From the sequence record LC819005.1: DNA of 64,000 nt, one strand, 5' to 3'. The first letter of the stretch is position 1, and the number at the start of each line of letters is the position of its first letter. Below are positions 1 through 10,328 of the stretch, in pieces. Under the pieces are notes generated by a model. That model ran no database searches and was not told where the DNA came from. It saw only the letters and a program-made list of their open reading frames with translations. Made by a program: the position numbers and the translations under genes.

Positions 1-707
1 AGCAGCGGCCGAATCTTCAGCAAGCGAGCCCGAAGCGTCTGAGCCAGATCCACATAGTGCTTGAGCGCCGTGGAGGTTTTGCTGAAGGTGTCCGGAATCT
101 GCTTGGAGAGTGCGAACACCGTCTTGCGGAACAAGCCGGCCGCCATCTCAGTAAAGCCTTCGTTGCCCGGCATGAGGATGCCGTGAACCGCAATCGAACC
201 AACCACACCCGGACCCATACGAGCGAGCGCAGCCGGATCATCTCCCGGCATGGCAGCGGCCACCGAGGCTGCGAGCGGCTTCACGGGAACGAAGTCAGCA
301 TCGCGGTCCATGTGCAGCACACCCTTATGGTCCACGTACGCTTCCTGCGACGCCTGTACCGCAAACATCTCGGGCTCCGTCGTCGGCAGTGGCTGGACTT
401 CAGCAAAGCCACTGGATTCCCGATAGGTTTCCAGTGCGCCTTTATCAGCCACCGCGTAGACTTCACCCTTGTGGTTCTTCTGCAGCGCTTTAAACTCGTC
501 CACCCGTTGTTGCTGGTGATCGGTCAACTGCACCTTCTCATCGGACACCACTGCACCTGTTTGTGCACCGCCCGTCAGCGCTTCCAGTGAGCCCTGGATT
601 TCATGCAGATGCTGATAGCGCTCCTCGACTTCCGTGTCGAGGATTTCGCCACGCATCACTTCTTGCATCAAGTCGGGATTCCCGCTTGCATCGGAGGTAG
701 GGTACAT
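1..707 (-). CDS. Internal head/virion protein, 3'-truncated by the window edge (starts MYPTSDASGNPDLMQEV)
   Basis: Translated by hand: the ATG at 707-705 overlaps the upstream TAA (TAATG) and the frame is open to position 1. Contains SLE/ALE/GNE motifs like its neighbours. Confidence 0.75.
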   Translation of the reverse strand, partial: MYPTSDASGNPDLMQEVMRGEILDTEVEERYQHLHEIQGSLEALTGGAQTGAVVSDEKVQLTDHQQQRVDEFKALQKNHKGEVYAVADKGALETYRESSGFAEVQPLPTTEPEMFAVQASQEAYVDHKGVLHMDRDADFVPVKPLAASVAAAMPGDDPAALARMGPGVVGSIAVHGILMPGNEGFTEMAAGLFRKTVFALSKQIPDTFSKTSTALKHYVDLAQTLRARLLKIRPL

Positions 708-1891
708 TACTTCTTCACCTCTTCATACTTCTTGATGGACTGGGCACACCAGCGCAGCAAAGCCTGCATGGTGCGGACGGTATAGCGCAGATGCACGATG
801 TAGCTGTTCTGGCCGAGGGCGGTGATATTGCGCAGTGCCACGATCGACGTCTGATCAGCTTCTTTGGTCTTGGCAAACGCCGCGTCGCGCAGAATCTGCT
901 TGAGCAGTTCTTCATCACGAGCAAAGCGGATCACGTCTTCACAGACCTTGAGCGAAGTCCGGCAGATCGCCCGAATCTCATCCGGTGAGAGCAGCGGGAA
1001 GAAGTTCACCCGCAGCGAGACTTCGGAGTCGCGTCGGATGCCGCAGTGATACGTGAACGTCCCATTGTCGCGCACTTCATCGGTAATCACCCCGACGATG
1101 TGGTTCTGGCCAAACATCGCTTCCGTGGCGTAGTACGAATTGCCGGGTGCTTTCTTCTCGCTGAAGATGGCAGACAGGGAGCCCGGATCAACCGACTCCA
1201 TATCTTCTTCGATCCCGGACTTCAGCTTGTCGTGCAGGGCTTTCGCTTCCTGCATCACGCGGCCGTAGTTCTTCTCTTTGGCCGCAGACACCAGCTTGGC
1301 CGTTTCCGACACAGCCGAGAACTGTTGCTGCTTCTGGAAGTTGTGGGCAATCTGCTCCCACAGCTCGTGCGGCTTGCCAGGCGAAGCGCCGTCGACGTGC
1401 AGTGCATTCATCAACGACTTGTCCTTGATCACCAGCTGCGACGCCACTGAGGCGGAGATCGAATCAGCGTGGCCGATATAGGACTTGATCACGGGGATCA
1501 GTTTGCGTGCGGTGGACTTGTGCGTGCTGAAGAAATCGAACAGTGTCTTGAACACGCGCTCGACGATAGCGTACAGATACAGAATCACTTTCTTCAGACG
1601 GCCCGCTTTGGGCTTGTCGTCGTCATCGTCTTCGAGCGCCGCTGTCGGGATCTCGAAACGATCGATGTAGTTCTCTACTGCCACGTCGTAGAACTTGGTC
1701 GCCGATGCGTCGGCCTGGTCATAGTCGAGCTTGCCGAGCTTCTCGGCAGCGTCCAGGGCTTCGACAGCATAAGCGATGGCTTCTTCGACATGGTCCGGAT
1801 TGTCGATGGGATGCTGGTCCTCTTCGCGGGGATAACTGAACGACGCGGCCGACCCACCCATGGTCGAAAATCCTGCTTGAAACGTATCCAT
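707..1891 (-). CDS. Internal head protein paralog (phiKZ gp93-97-like family)
   Basis: 394 aa with an acidic N-terminus, AALED site, then amphipathic helix RLKKVILYLYAIVERVFKTLFDFF. RBS upstream. Confidence 0.75.
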   Translation of the reverse strand: MDTFQAGFSTMGGSAASFSYPREEDQHPIDNPDHVEEAIAYAVEALDAAEKLGKLDYDQADASATKFYDVAVENYIDRFEIPTAALEDDDDDKPKAGRLKKVILYLYAIVERVFKTLFDFFSTHKSTARKLIPVIKSYIGHADSISASVASQLVIKDKSLMNALHVDGASPGKPHELWEQIAHNFQKQQQFSAVSETAKLVSAAKEKNYGRVMQEAKALHDKLKSGIEEDMESVDPGSLSAIFSEKKAPGNSYYATEAMFGQNHIVGVITDEVRDNGTFTYHCGIRRDSEVSLRVNFFPLLSPDEIRAICRTSLKVCEDVIRFARDEELLKQILRDAAFAKTKEADQTSIVALRNITALGQNSYIVHLRYTVRTMQALLRWCAQSIKKYEEVKK

Positions 1892-1914
1892 GATGGTTCC
1901 TTAATAAACAAAAA

Positions 1915-1944
1915 GGAGTAAGGGAGCGCAAGCCCCCTTACTCC
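1915..1944 (-). terminator. Intrinsic terminator
   Basis: GGAGTAAGGG/CCCTTACTCC stem followed by a T-run on the minus strand. Confidence 0.75.
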
Positions 1945-1965
1945 TCCAGGATGTCGACTGAGCGC

Positions 1966-3357
1966 TTACTTCGCAGCAGGCTTGGCTTTCGACACTTCGA
2001 CCGATTTCTCGACGTAGCGAATGAAAGACGCGGCGTTCTGGATGTTCACGCGCAGCAGCTGCGGCACGACGACAGTCGCGATAGCGGTGAGCGTCTTCAG
2101 ATACAGCTCGACCATCTTCACCGACTGACCGCTTTCTGCGACCTTGGCAAAGCCTTCGATCTTGGCGAGACGATCGGCCAGATGGTTCTGGTCGGCGTTC
2201 CACTTCTTGACGAGTGCGAGCATGTCGGTGGCGAGCTTCTTCTCCACCACGGGGATGCTGCCGCCTTCAACGAGCGGCACTTCACCCGGAGCGACACCAG
2301 CCTTCACGACACCGCCCTGATCCATCGGCTTCGAGAAGGCGAGGTACAGTTGCAGGCCGCCGATCTGCGGCTCGGTCATGCCGCCTTCGAGCTGTGCATT
2401 GCTCGTGAGCTTGGGCTTGAGTTCGCTGACGATCGAGTCGGGGATCTTCGAGTATTCGAACACGTGCTGGCGCAGACCACCGAGGATCTTCGACAGTTCG
2501 ACGTACACCGGCAGGGCGTCTTCTTCGCCCTTCTTGGCGGTTGCCGACAGTGCGTTCAGGAACGAATCGTTGAAGAAGCCGTAGAGCGTCTTCGTGGCGA
2601 ATTCGGCGTAGCGACGGAACTGAGCGTTCGCATCGCCTGCGTTCTTCACCATACGCAGCGACTTGATGAACGCTTCGTCGTCGATCGTGGCATTGCCGTC
2701 GATCTGGTTGACGGCTGCGAGCGCGCGCTCGGCCTTGGCCGTCAGACCGTTGAACTTCTGCGCGATGCTGCGCACGACGTTGACGATCCAGGCGATGATC
2801 TTCTTGATACCGGCGAGCAGACGATCGAGAATGCTCTTCGACTTTTCCTTCGCTGCAGCACCGACGGCCGCCACTTGACCTTCCGGTCCGGCTTCGGCAA
2901 CGTCGCTGTCTTCCAGAGCAGCCAACGCATTGGGGATATCCACGCGCAGACAGATCTGTTCGAGTGCCATGGCGTAACCCGCCACGGTGGCCTTGTTGGC
3001 CTGGCCGGTCTTCAGCGCCATATCGCAGATGTAGGCGAGCTCTTCCAGAGCAGCGCCGGCGGAAACAGCTTCTTCCAGATCCTGATTGACGGAATCCGAC
3101 GTGTTGCTGATTTGTTCGACATCGTTATCGAACACTTCGCCCGACAGGTCGTCGTTTTCAGCAGCGAGCGTGGAGTTCTTTTCCATCAACGTGGCGACAG
3201 CATCCGTGTCGGAGTCGATGTTGGTTTGCGTAACGGGCGGAGCGCCCGCGCTGCCTGCCTGCAACTGAGCGACAGAGTCAACTGCGGATACATCCGTGCT
3301 CGCCTCTTGCTGCAGCTCTTCCAGAGCGGCAGTAATGAAAGGACTGCGTTTTTTCAT
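1966..3357 (-). CDS. Internal head protein paralog (start MKKRSPFITAALEE)
   Basis: Several ALE sites in an acidic propeptide, then helix ILDRLLAGIKKIIAWIVNVV. Start placed at 3357 by analogy with the neighbours. Confidence 0.8.
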   Translation of the reverse strand: MKKRSPFITAALEELQQEASTDVSAVDSVAQLQAGSAGAPPVTQTNIDSDTDAVATLMEKNSTLAAENDDLSGEVFDNDVEQISNTSDSVNQDLEEAVSAGAALEELAYICDMALKTGQANKATVAGYAMALEQICLRVDIPNALAALEDSDVAEAGPEGQVAAVGAAAKEKSKSILDRLLAGIKKIIAWIVNVVRSIAQKFNGLTAKAERALAAVNQIDGNATIDDEAFIKSLRMVKNAGDANAQFRRYAEFATKTLYGFFNDSFLNALSATAKKGEEDALPVYVELSKILGGLRQHVFEYSKIPDSIVSELKPKLTSNAQLEGGMTEPQIGGLQLYLAFSKPMDQGGVVKAGVAPGEVPLVEGGSIPVVEKKLATDMLALVKKWNADQNHLADRLAKIEGFAKVAESGQSVKMVELYLKTLTAIATVVVPQLLRVNIQNAASFIRYVEKSVEVSKAKPAAK

Positions 3358-3442
3358 GGTGTCTTGTCCGACTAGGTTATCAATGGAGGTCCGTTGAGTA
3401 CACATACCCACGGGAATTTGAGCCTCGATCACAATATAGCCA

Positions 3443-3475
3443 GCATAAAAGCGGCAGGCGAGGTGCCCGCCGCTT
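3443..3475 (-). terminator. Intrinsic terminator ending TTTTATGC
   Basis: AAGCGGC/GCCGCTT stem plus GCATAAAA flank. Confidence 0.7.
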
Positions 3476-3501
3476 CTACACTTACTACTGAGGCCGGAGA
3501 C

Positions 3502-4911
3502 TTATTCCTTCGAACCACGCGCCGCAGCTTTCGCTTCAGCGATCGAGAAACGAATCCAGCGCGACGCGCCGAAGTGGTTGTAGTACAGGCCGTGTGCCGA
3601 ACCGAACGTCGTACCCGCCACCAGATCCGACAACAGACGCATCAGGTTGGAATACTTCGAGAGCAGGCGACGTGCTTCATCAGCATTGTCGCCGCCACCG
3701 CTGCGATGCGGCTTCGACTTGGTGTCGTCACCGATTTCGAACAGGGCGTTGATCGCCATGTCGATCGCGCGGTCGGCCTTGCCAGCCGATTCCTTCAGCT
3801 TCGCGAGGTCTGCAGCCGAAGCACACTTGATGCCGGCGGAGAACTCGGTCTTGCCGTCGTCGAACGTGACTTGCTGGCCTTCCATGCCGCCCGTACCGTC
3901 GATCGTCAGACGATCCGGCAGGTTCACTTCGACCGTCACCGACGAATGCTGGAACTTCGAGCGACCCATTTCGGCCAACGGCTTTGCAGCGCTGATGGCG
4001 CTGTTCATGCGGTTGATGACGTCCTTCGGCTCGCTCAGCACCCATGCCTGGCTCATTGCGTGCATTTCGCTCGACACGCGGTTCACGAGCTTCAGCACTT
4101 CGTTGAACTCAGCCAACGAGTTGTCCACGACAGCGATCGGGGTCTTGGTCGACGAAGGCGCGTAGAAACGCTCCTGCACCGCTTTTTCCCACTTCGCGTT
4201 CTGGAACGGCTTGCCGGCGACGCTCGCCAGGATGCCCGCTTCCTTTTCCAGCTTCGCGTACACCGACACGGTGCCACGGAAGTAGTCGGCGAAACGCTTG
4301 AGCTTTTCAGCGGTCAGGTCGTACGCCTTCTTCATGAACTTCGCAGCAGCTGCGTAGACCTTTTCAGCGCGGTCACGCAGTTGTTCGACGAAGCTTTCCG
4401 TCGCGATGCGGCGGTCGAAGCCGAACGATTCGAGTGCGACCGATTCCGACAGGGGCTCGCCCACGCCAGCAGCGTCGAGCGCCGTGGTGAGCAGCTGCAC
4501 CGTTTCCGGGGTCAGGCCGTCGCCGCTGACAGCGGGCACCGGCTCGCCGGCGTCTTCGCCTTGCGTGACTTCCGTTTCAGCCGGCTCTTGCAGAGTGGCT
4601 TCAGCCTGTTCAGCGATTTCTTCGAGCGACGCTGCGTAACGGCAATAACGCATCGTCACAGCTTGCAGGTGTTCCAGGGCCAGGGTATGTTCCTGGCTTT
4701 CGGCGACCGTGTCGATTTCGTCGTGCTTGGCGATCTCGGCATCTTCGCCATAGGCCTTGTCGGCCTTGACGTCATCCGTCGACGGCTCTTCGAGGCTGCC
4801 GTCTTCCTTGAAGCCGGGCTTCGGCTGGAACGTCGACAGCTCGGTCACCTGAGCGATATCGACAGTACCGGCTTCGGCTTCCAGTGCTGCGGTGAAAAGA
4901 TTTCGTTTCAT
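3502..4911 (-). CDS. Internal head protein paralog
   Basis: 469 aa starting MKRNLFTAALEAE, with LALE, VALES and ATES sites. Same architecture as neighbours. Confidence 0.8.
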   Translation of the reverse strand: MKRNLFTAALEAEAGTVDIAQVTELSTFQPKPGFKEDGSLEEPSTDDVKADKAYGEDAEIAKHDEIDTVAESQEHTLALEHLQAVTMRYCRYAASLEEIAEQAEATLQEPAETEVTQGEDAGEPVPAVSGDGLTPETVQLLTTALDAAGVGEPLSESVALESFGFDRRIATESFVEQLRDRAEKVYAAAAKFMKKAYDLTAEKLKRFADYFRGTVSVYAKLEKEAGILASVAGKPFQNAKWEKAVQERFYAPSSTKTPIAVVDNSLAEFNEVLKLVNRVSSEMHAMSQAWVLSEPKDVINRMNSAISAAKPLAEMGRSKFQHSSVTVEVNLPDRLTIDGTGGMEGQQVTFDDGKTEFSAGIKCASAADLAKLKESAGKADRAIDMAINALFEIGDDTKSKPHRSGGGDNADEARRLLSKYSNLMRLLSDLVAGTTFGSAHGLYYNHFGASRWIRFSIAEAKAAARGSKE

Positions 4912-4946
4912 GTTTATCTCAGTTCTTGAAGTCGATGGAGGCTTCA

Positions 4947-4978
4947 GAGTAAAGCCCGTCGTAAGATAGGCTTTACTC
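4947..4978 (-). terminator. Intrinsic terminator
   Basis: GAGTAAAGCC/GGCTTTACTC stem just after the stop codon. Confidence 0.65.
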
Positions 4979-4992
4979 CTCTCTCAGGACGA

Positions 4993-6342
4993 TTACTCGC
5001 CCTTCTTGCCGAAGGCGCCTGCAACCTTGTCCTTCGCAGCGGAAGCGGCTTCACCAGCTTTCTCGCCGATCGACTTGTCACCGCGATGGGCTGCGATTGC
5101 AGCCATGCAGTATTGCAGTGCGATCGTCGAGGCCGACGTAGCGTACGCGTAGGCAGCGACTTGCGGACCCTTGATGATGCGCGGCACGACGGCTTGCATC
5201 TGCTTGAGGACCTTGCTGTCGGCTTCGCCGGCGCTGCCCTTGGCCTTGCTGGCTGCGCGGTCGAGTTCCTTGTTCAGGTCGTCGAGCTGCTTCAGATTGC
5301 TCTGATAGATCTTGACGAGCTGGCCGAGGCCGACGACGTATTCCGCGATCGCCTTGATCTCGTTGCCGTCGGGCGCAGCGATTTCCGCTTGCGGCTTGAC
5401 TTCGTCGAGCTTCTTGACGCCGTGGTTCCAGTGGTTGAGCGCGTCGACGTTTTCCGGCACCGTGAAGAAGGCGCGGTAGCCGCCGAAGAACGGCTTCGTG
5501 ACGAGGGTCTTCGTGCCCGCTGCGGCGCCCGCAGCTTGAGCTTGTTCAGCCGATGCGTCTTCGTCGTATTCGCCACCAGCTTTCGCCAGGGCTTCGAGGA
5601 AGCGATCCATCACGCCTTCAGCAGACGAGCTGCCGGCAGCCACGACGTCGATACACGTACGCGCTTCCTTCGTGAGTTCGACCGAAGCCTTGCCGCCTTG
5701 ATCGTTCGCGAATTCCGACACCGACATCATGACTTCGCCGACTTCGACGTTCTTGTACGTCGCGATCTTGTCGAGCAGGCCCTTGTCGGTGATCTTCGCG
5801 CCTTCGGTCGTCGCGAGCGTCTTCGTCGCTTCGATGATCTTCTGCGCCTGGTTGGCGTTCTTCACGATACGATCCGTGAACTTCGCCCACGTTTCGCGAA
5901 CCCATGCGCCGATCTTCTTGCCGAAGTTGCGCAGCATTTCCCAGACCTTGGCTGCGAACGCCTTGATGCGCTCCAGAACCTTGCCCTTGTCGGGGTTGCC
6001 ACCCTTGTCGCCCGTGAGGGCCATCGCGCCACCCGGCGTCGAAGCGACCAGGTCGTTCGATTCCAGTGCCACGTTCACAGCCTTGGCCGCGAACGGCTCC
6101 ATCGGCTGATCCATTTCGCCCGGTGCATCTTCCACCAGGCTGATGATGTCTTCCAGACCCTGTGCTGCGTCGGTGATCTGTTCGACGTCGCCGTCGATGT
6201 CACCCGATTCCTGCGGGAAGTCGACACCAGCGGTTTCTTCGCTGAAGTCGCCGTCCACCGGTTGTTCCGGCGCGATGGTCGCGTTCACGTCTTCCGCGAA
6301 CTCTTCCAGCGCAGCCATGGTTTGTGCGAAGGATTGTTTCAT
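4993..6342 (-). CDS. Internal head protein paralog
   Basis: 449 aa with AALEE, GLED and VALES, then helix VLERIKAFAAKVWEMLRNFGKKIGAW. Confidence 0.8.
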   Translation of the reverse strand: MKQSFAQTMAALEEFAEDVNATIAPEQPVDGDFSEETAGVDFPQESGDIDGDVEQITDAAQGLEDIISLVEDAPGEMDQPMEPFAAKAVNVALESNDLVASTPGGAMALTGDKGGNPDKGKVLERIKAFAAKVWEMLRNFGKKIGAWVRETWAKFTDRIVKNANQAQKIIEATKTLATTEGAKITDKGLLDKIATYKNVEVGEVMMSVSEFANDQGGKASVELTKEARTCIDVVAAGSSSAEGVMDRFLEALAKAGGEYDEDASAEQAQAAGAAAGTKTLVTKPFFGGYRAFFTVPENVDALNHWNHGVKKLDEVKPQAEIAAPDGNEIKAIAEYVVGLGQLVKIYQSNLKQLDDLNKELDRAASKAKGSAGEADSKVLKQMQAVVPRIIKGPQVAAYAYATSASTIALQYCMAAIAAHRGDKSIGEKAGEAASAAKDKVAGAFGKKGE

Positions 6343-6421
6343 TTTTCCAGTATCCGATTTTGGTGTGGAGATTTCAGACAGGGGAGATTCGCGTCTCCCC
6401 TGCCCTACTCACGAATTACGT

Positions 6422-8695
6422 TCAGGCCTTGGCCGCGACCGCGGTGCTCTTGTCTTCAGCAGCGCCACCGAGGCTTGCTGCGACGTAGTCGAGCGCGAAG
6501 CCCAGGTTACGCGGCAATGCACGGTTGATCGCGTGGATCGGCAGCTTCGGCGAGGTCATGAACAGCGAGTTGATGAACACCAGCGACTTGCGCAGGCCTT
6601 CACTCTTCGCACCGACTTCGTCGAGCATCTGCTTGAGCGCGCCATTGGCCATCGCCGTGACGGTGTCCTTGCGCTTCTTGATTTCCGCGTTCAGTTCCTT
6701 GATGCCACCGCGATTGCCGTCGCTTGCTTCGCGAGCGGCCTTGGCCAGTTCCGCCACCAGTGCGCAGATCTTGCCCGCTTGAGCTTGATCGAGTGCCTTG
6801 ACCGAGTTCGACGGAGCTTGCGCGCCGGAGTTCTGCACCGTGCTTGCCATACCGCGAATGCCTTCAGCCGATGCCGGGATGGTCGTGAACAGCACTTGAC
6901 CGTCGAGCAGCGAGAACACCAGCGACTTCACCAGGTTCTCTTGGCCGGCTGCGAACTTGAACTCGACCGGCTTGATCGAGGAACGGTGACCCAGCGCTTC
7001 CATCTGTTCGGCCCACTTCGCGAGCACTTCCGAGATCTTGCCGCGCAGTTCTTCTTCCTTCTCCGGCGTCTTGACCATTTCTTCCGCGAGGTCGAGTGCC
7101 TGGAGATACGGCGCGTAGGTCTTCGGATCGTTCAGCGACTTGGCGAATGCAGCCAGCTCGCCCAGGTACTTCGGCAGATCTTCGATCGGTGTGTCGCCAG
7201 CGGTCAGCTTCTTCGCGAGAGCCTTGCTGTCGATGTCGCCTTCGACCATCTTCGCACCCTTGACACGCTCGGCGAGCTTGTTGGCACGTGCTTCGACAGC
7301 GGCGAAAGCGTTCGTGAGACGTTTGTACGTTTCGACGATCCACTGCGTGAGGCGTTCGAATGCGTCTTGCAGCGCCTTGATGATGCGGCGGATGAACGCA
7401 ACGATCTGGTCCTTCGCACCGTTGGCACCGTCGATCTTGGCCGACGGCGTTTCCATGTCTTCCAGCGCCGGGATCATCAGCGGCTTGACCTTCAGCGACT
7501 TCGTGACCGTGTTCAGGTTGTTGCGCAGGAACGAAGCACCGAAGATGTCCAGGCCACCGCGTTGAGCAGCAGCGTCGAGAATCGCCACGCAGCCTTCGAG
7601 CGACTCGGTTGCGTCCGTGAGCTTGCTGACGTCGTCTTGCACGTCTTCGGACTGGTCTTCGATTTGGTCGACGGCGTCCATTTCGCCTTCGACTTCTTCT
7701 GCTTCTGCGTCGCCGATGTCGGCGTCGTCCACCACGTCGCCGGGTTCGCCCGTCGAAGCAGCATCGCTTGCAGCAGCGGCAGCAGCCGATGCGTCGGTCT
7801 GGTCTTCAGCGCTTTGTGCAGCGTCCGCGGCAGCAGCCGGATCGGTTGCAGCAGCGTCGTCAGCGCCCGGCGTAGCCGAAGCGTCGTCCGTCGCGCCTGC
7901 GGCGGCATCGTCGCCTGCAGCAGCAGCGTCATCGGTAGCGCCCGCCGAAGCGTCGTCACCGGTTGCAGCACCACCAGCAGCGTCTGCAGCGGCCGCATCT
8001 GCGTCCGGAGCAGCTGCGCCATCGCCACCAGCAGCAGCGTCGTCACCCGTTTGGGTCGCGGCGTCAGCGTTGGCATCGTCGCCTTCCGGCGGCGTCGCGC
8101 CGTCAGCACCAGCTGCGGCTGCATCGGCGTCGTCCGTCGATTCGTTCGCGGGCTTGGCCTTCGGCTTGGCCGGCTTCGCGCCACCCTTGGCACCCTTGGC
8201 CGTTTGCGTGGCCGCTTGATTCAGAATGCGATCGAGCTCGCCGCACTTCTGCTTGAGTTCCTTCTGCAGTTCTTCGATCTGATGGCCCTTGATAGCGCCG
8301 TAGATGCCGCCGAACAGGCCACCGAGCAGTGCGCCTTGGAAGATCGTACCGAAGCTTGCGCCTTCGACCTTTTCCTTGAAATCTTCCGCCGAGAGCTTGC
8401 CTTCTTTCACGGCCTTCTTGCCGTTGTCGATGGCTTGCGTCTTGATGGCTTCCGTGATCTGCTTGATTTCCTTGCGGAGCTTGTCCACTTCAGCAGCACC
8501 AGCACCGCCGACGATGATGCCAGCGCCCGGGATGACCCAGTTTGCGCCGCCCACGACGAAACCGAGCAGCGCGCCCGCGACGCCTTCATTGGCCGGAACG
8601 TACTGAGCGACTTGCGACGGTTTCGGCAAGTCGTCGGTGAGTTCTTCCAGGGCGGCAATACCCAGTTGCGACTTAAACTTCATGGTTTTCTCCAT
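6422..8695 (-). CDS. Large internal head protein paralog with a Gly-zipper N-terminal domain and an Asp/Ala-rich linker
   Basis: 757 aa with AALEE, ANEG, SLEG and PALED sites, hydrophobic GxxxG segments, a long D/A/G low-complexity tract and a paralog C-terminal domain. Confidence 0.8.
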   Translation of the reverse strand: MEKTMKFKSQLGIAALEELTDDLPKPSQVAQYVPANEGVAGALLGFVVGGANWVIPGAGIIVGGAGAAEVDKLRKEIKQITEAIKTQAIDNGKKAVKEGKLSAEDFKEKVEGASFGTIFQGALLGGLFGGIYGAIKGHQIEELQKELKQKCGELDRILNQAATQTAKGAKGGAKPAKPKAKPANESTDDADAAAAGADGATPPEGDDANADAATQTGDDAAAGGDGAAAPDADAAAADAAGGAATGDDASAGATDDAAAAGDDAAAGATDDASATPGADDAAATDPAAAADAAQSAEDQTDASAAAAAASDAASTGEPGDVVDDADIGDAEAEEVEGEMDAVDQIEDQSEDVQDDVSKLTDATESLEGCVAILDAAAQRGGLDIFGASFLRNNLNTVTKSLKVKPLMIPALEDMETPSAKIDGANGAKDQIVAFIRRIIKALQDAFERLTQWIVETYKRLTNAFAAVEARANKLAERVKGAKMVEGDIDSKALAKKLTAGDTPIEDLPKYLGELAAFAKSLNDPKTYAPYLQALDLAEEMVKTPEKEEELRGKISEVLAKWAEQMEALGHRSSIKPVEFKFAAGQENLVKSLVFSLLDGQVLFTTIPASAEGIRGMASTVQNSGAQAPSNSVKALDQAQAGKICALVAELAKAAREASDGNRGGIKELNAEIKKRKDTVTAMANGALKQMLDEVGAKSEGLRKSLVFINSLFMTSPKLPIHAINRALPRNLGFALDYVAASLGGAAEDKSTAVAAKA

Positions 8696-8825
8696 TCGAA
8701 TGGAATTGATCTTGAGGATTCGCGCGAATCTTGAATAGACAAACTTCCCGCCAGCATAAAGGCGGCGGAGTCGTTCTATACAATGGGTTTTGACTAGGCG
8801 ACGTATTTACATCGCCTAGCTGCGC

Positions 8826-9425
8826 TTAACGCGTGTTGTGTTCGCCGAAAAGCGTGTAGAGCGTGGTCACCATATCGGTGAAGCCGCCTTGGTGGGAGAG
8901 CCACCGGCAGATCACATTCGGCATGTTGTTGCTGGTCTGGATCTGCGAGCGGACACTGTACCCATCGGGCAACATCGTGAAGAGGCCGTCTTCGAAAGTC
9001 GGTGGGCTGTTCGGATCGTTCGAGCCCGGACCGATCAAGTGCTCCCACATCGAGACAGGCATCTGGCGCTTACCGCCCGTGATAAAGCGCACGGTATCGC
9101 TGATGAAGTCAGCGTGGGTTTGCGTGAAGGTCGGGGACTCTTTCTGCACCGCAGCCCAGAGGCCGAAGTTGTTGACGCCGAAAGCCTGACCGGCGATGCG
9201 GATCACGCGTTCCCGGAAATCGAAGTCGGTGTGAATCACCTGACGACGCACGAGCTGGTTGTAGACTTCCACGACCGACTCGTTAGCCACCACGTGGTCA
9301 ACGGCTTGCGGATCGAGATCGAAGACCGAGAGGATCGGGCGGGACTTCCACGTCTGGTAAGTCTCGCTCGAATTGGCCTTCGACCCGAAGAAGCCTCGCA
9401 CGTACAGTTTGAGGTCATCGCGCAT
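8826..9425 (-). CDS. Conserved virion-associated hypothetical protein (phiKZ gp91/92-like position)
   Basis: 199 aa ORF with phage-like codon usage, co-transcribed within the structural module. Confidence 0.65.
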   Translation of the reverse strand: MRDDLKLYVRGFFGSKANSSETYQTWKSRPILSVFDLDPQAVDHVVANESVVEVYNQLVRRQVIHTDFDFRERVIRIAGQAFGVNNFGLWAAVQKESPTFTQTHADFISDTVRFITGGKRQMPVSMWEHLIGPGSNDPNSPPTFEDGLFTMLPDGYSVRSQIQTSNNMPNVICRWLSHQGGFTDMVTTLYTLFGEHNTR

Positions 9426-9428
9426 GGA

Positions 9429-10328
9429 TCAGTCCTCGTTCAGTTCGGCGATCTCGCGGGAGAGGTCTTCCGTGAGGGATTGCAGGTAGGAGATCTCGCG
9501 CTCCAGTGCGGGATCTTCCTTACCCTGGCGCGTACGCTCCAGTTGCATCAGGCGGAGCTTGGCCATCTGCAGTTCGCTTTCCGCTTCCTTGGCCCGTGCG
9601 ACCTTCGCTTCGACAGCGTGCATGCGCAGACGACGGATCGGGTTCCAGGCGAAGTTGCTGATCGAGAACATGAACGGGTCGATCTTCGTTTCGCCGACCG
9701 TGTTCTTCAGGCTGCCGTAGTTGGTATCGTCCGCGAGGATGTCGGGGATCTGATCCAGACGGTCGACCATTTCGGTCGCCGGCTTCGCGAGCACGTTGAT
9801 TGCGTTGCAATACGGCAGCAGACCCTTGGTGAACCACTCGACTTCTGCCGGGATCATGTCCGTGGACGGAATCGGCTCCATCTTCTTCTCGTCACGTTGA
9901 GCTGCGACTTCCGTCTTGAGCGCATACGTGAAGAGCTTCGCGGTGAAACGCGCCGAGAAGGTGATCGCGTCGACGAGCTGGACCAGGTTGGCCTTGCGGT
10001 AGTTCAGACCCTTGGCGGCGATCTTGTCTTCGAACTCGCCCTGCACGATGGCTTCGAGCGCATCGATCGTGCCGGTGATATTGCTGGTGTTGGCGGCCAG
10101 ATAGCCGAAGATGCCCTTACCGCCGGCGCCTTTGACGACGCCAGCGAAGGTCGACTGGACCTTGCGCATCTCATCGCTCTTGAACTTCGAACCGAACATC
10201 TTGTCGGTGCGAGCCAGGAGGTCAGACATCTGGGTGAATTGGGTGCGGGCGAACCGCAGGTCTTCCAGCAGGCCGGATTTACCGAACATGGTGGAGATCT
10301 GTTGTTGGATATAGGTCGTGATCTTCAT
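9429..10328 (-). CDS. Virion structural protein (phiKZ gp90-like), start MKITTYIQ
   Basis: Helical protein with C-terminal coiled coil AKEAESELQMAKLRLMQLE. Syntenic with the gp89/gp90 pair. Confidence 0.7.
   Translation of the reverse strand: MKITTYIQQQISTMFGKSGLLEDLRFARTQFTQMSDLLARTDKMFGSKFKSDEMRKVQSTFAGVVKGAGGKGIFGYLAANTSNITGTIDALEAIVQGEFEDKIAAKGLNYRKANLVQLVDAITFSARFTAKLFTYALKTEVAAQRDEKKMEPIPSTDMIPAEVEWFTKGLLPYCNAINVLAKPATEMVDRLDQIPDILADDTNYGSLKNTVGETKIDPFMFSISNFAWNPIRRLRMHAVEAKVARAKEAESELQMAKLRLMQLERTRQGKEDPALEREISYLQSLTEDLSREIAELNED

Noticed and set aside
7700-8150. Tandem DNA repeat or origin in the GCAGCA-rich stretch
   Set aside because: It is the coding consequence of the Ala/Asp-rich linker, with no exact DNA periodicity.
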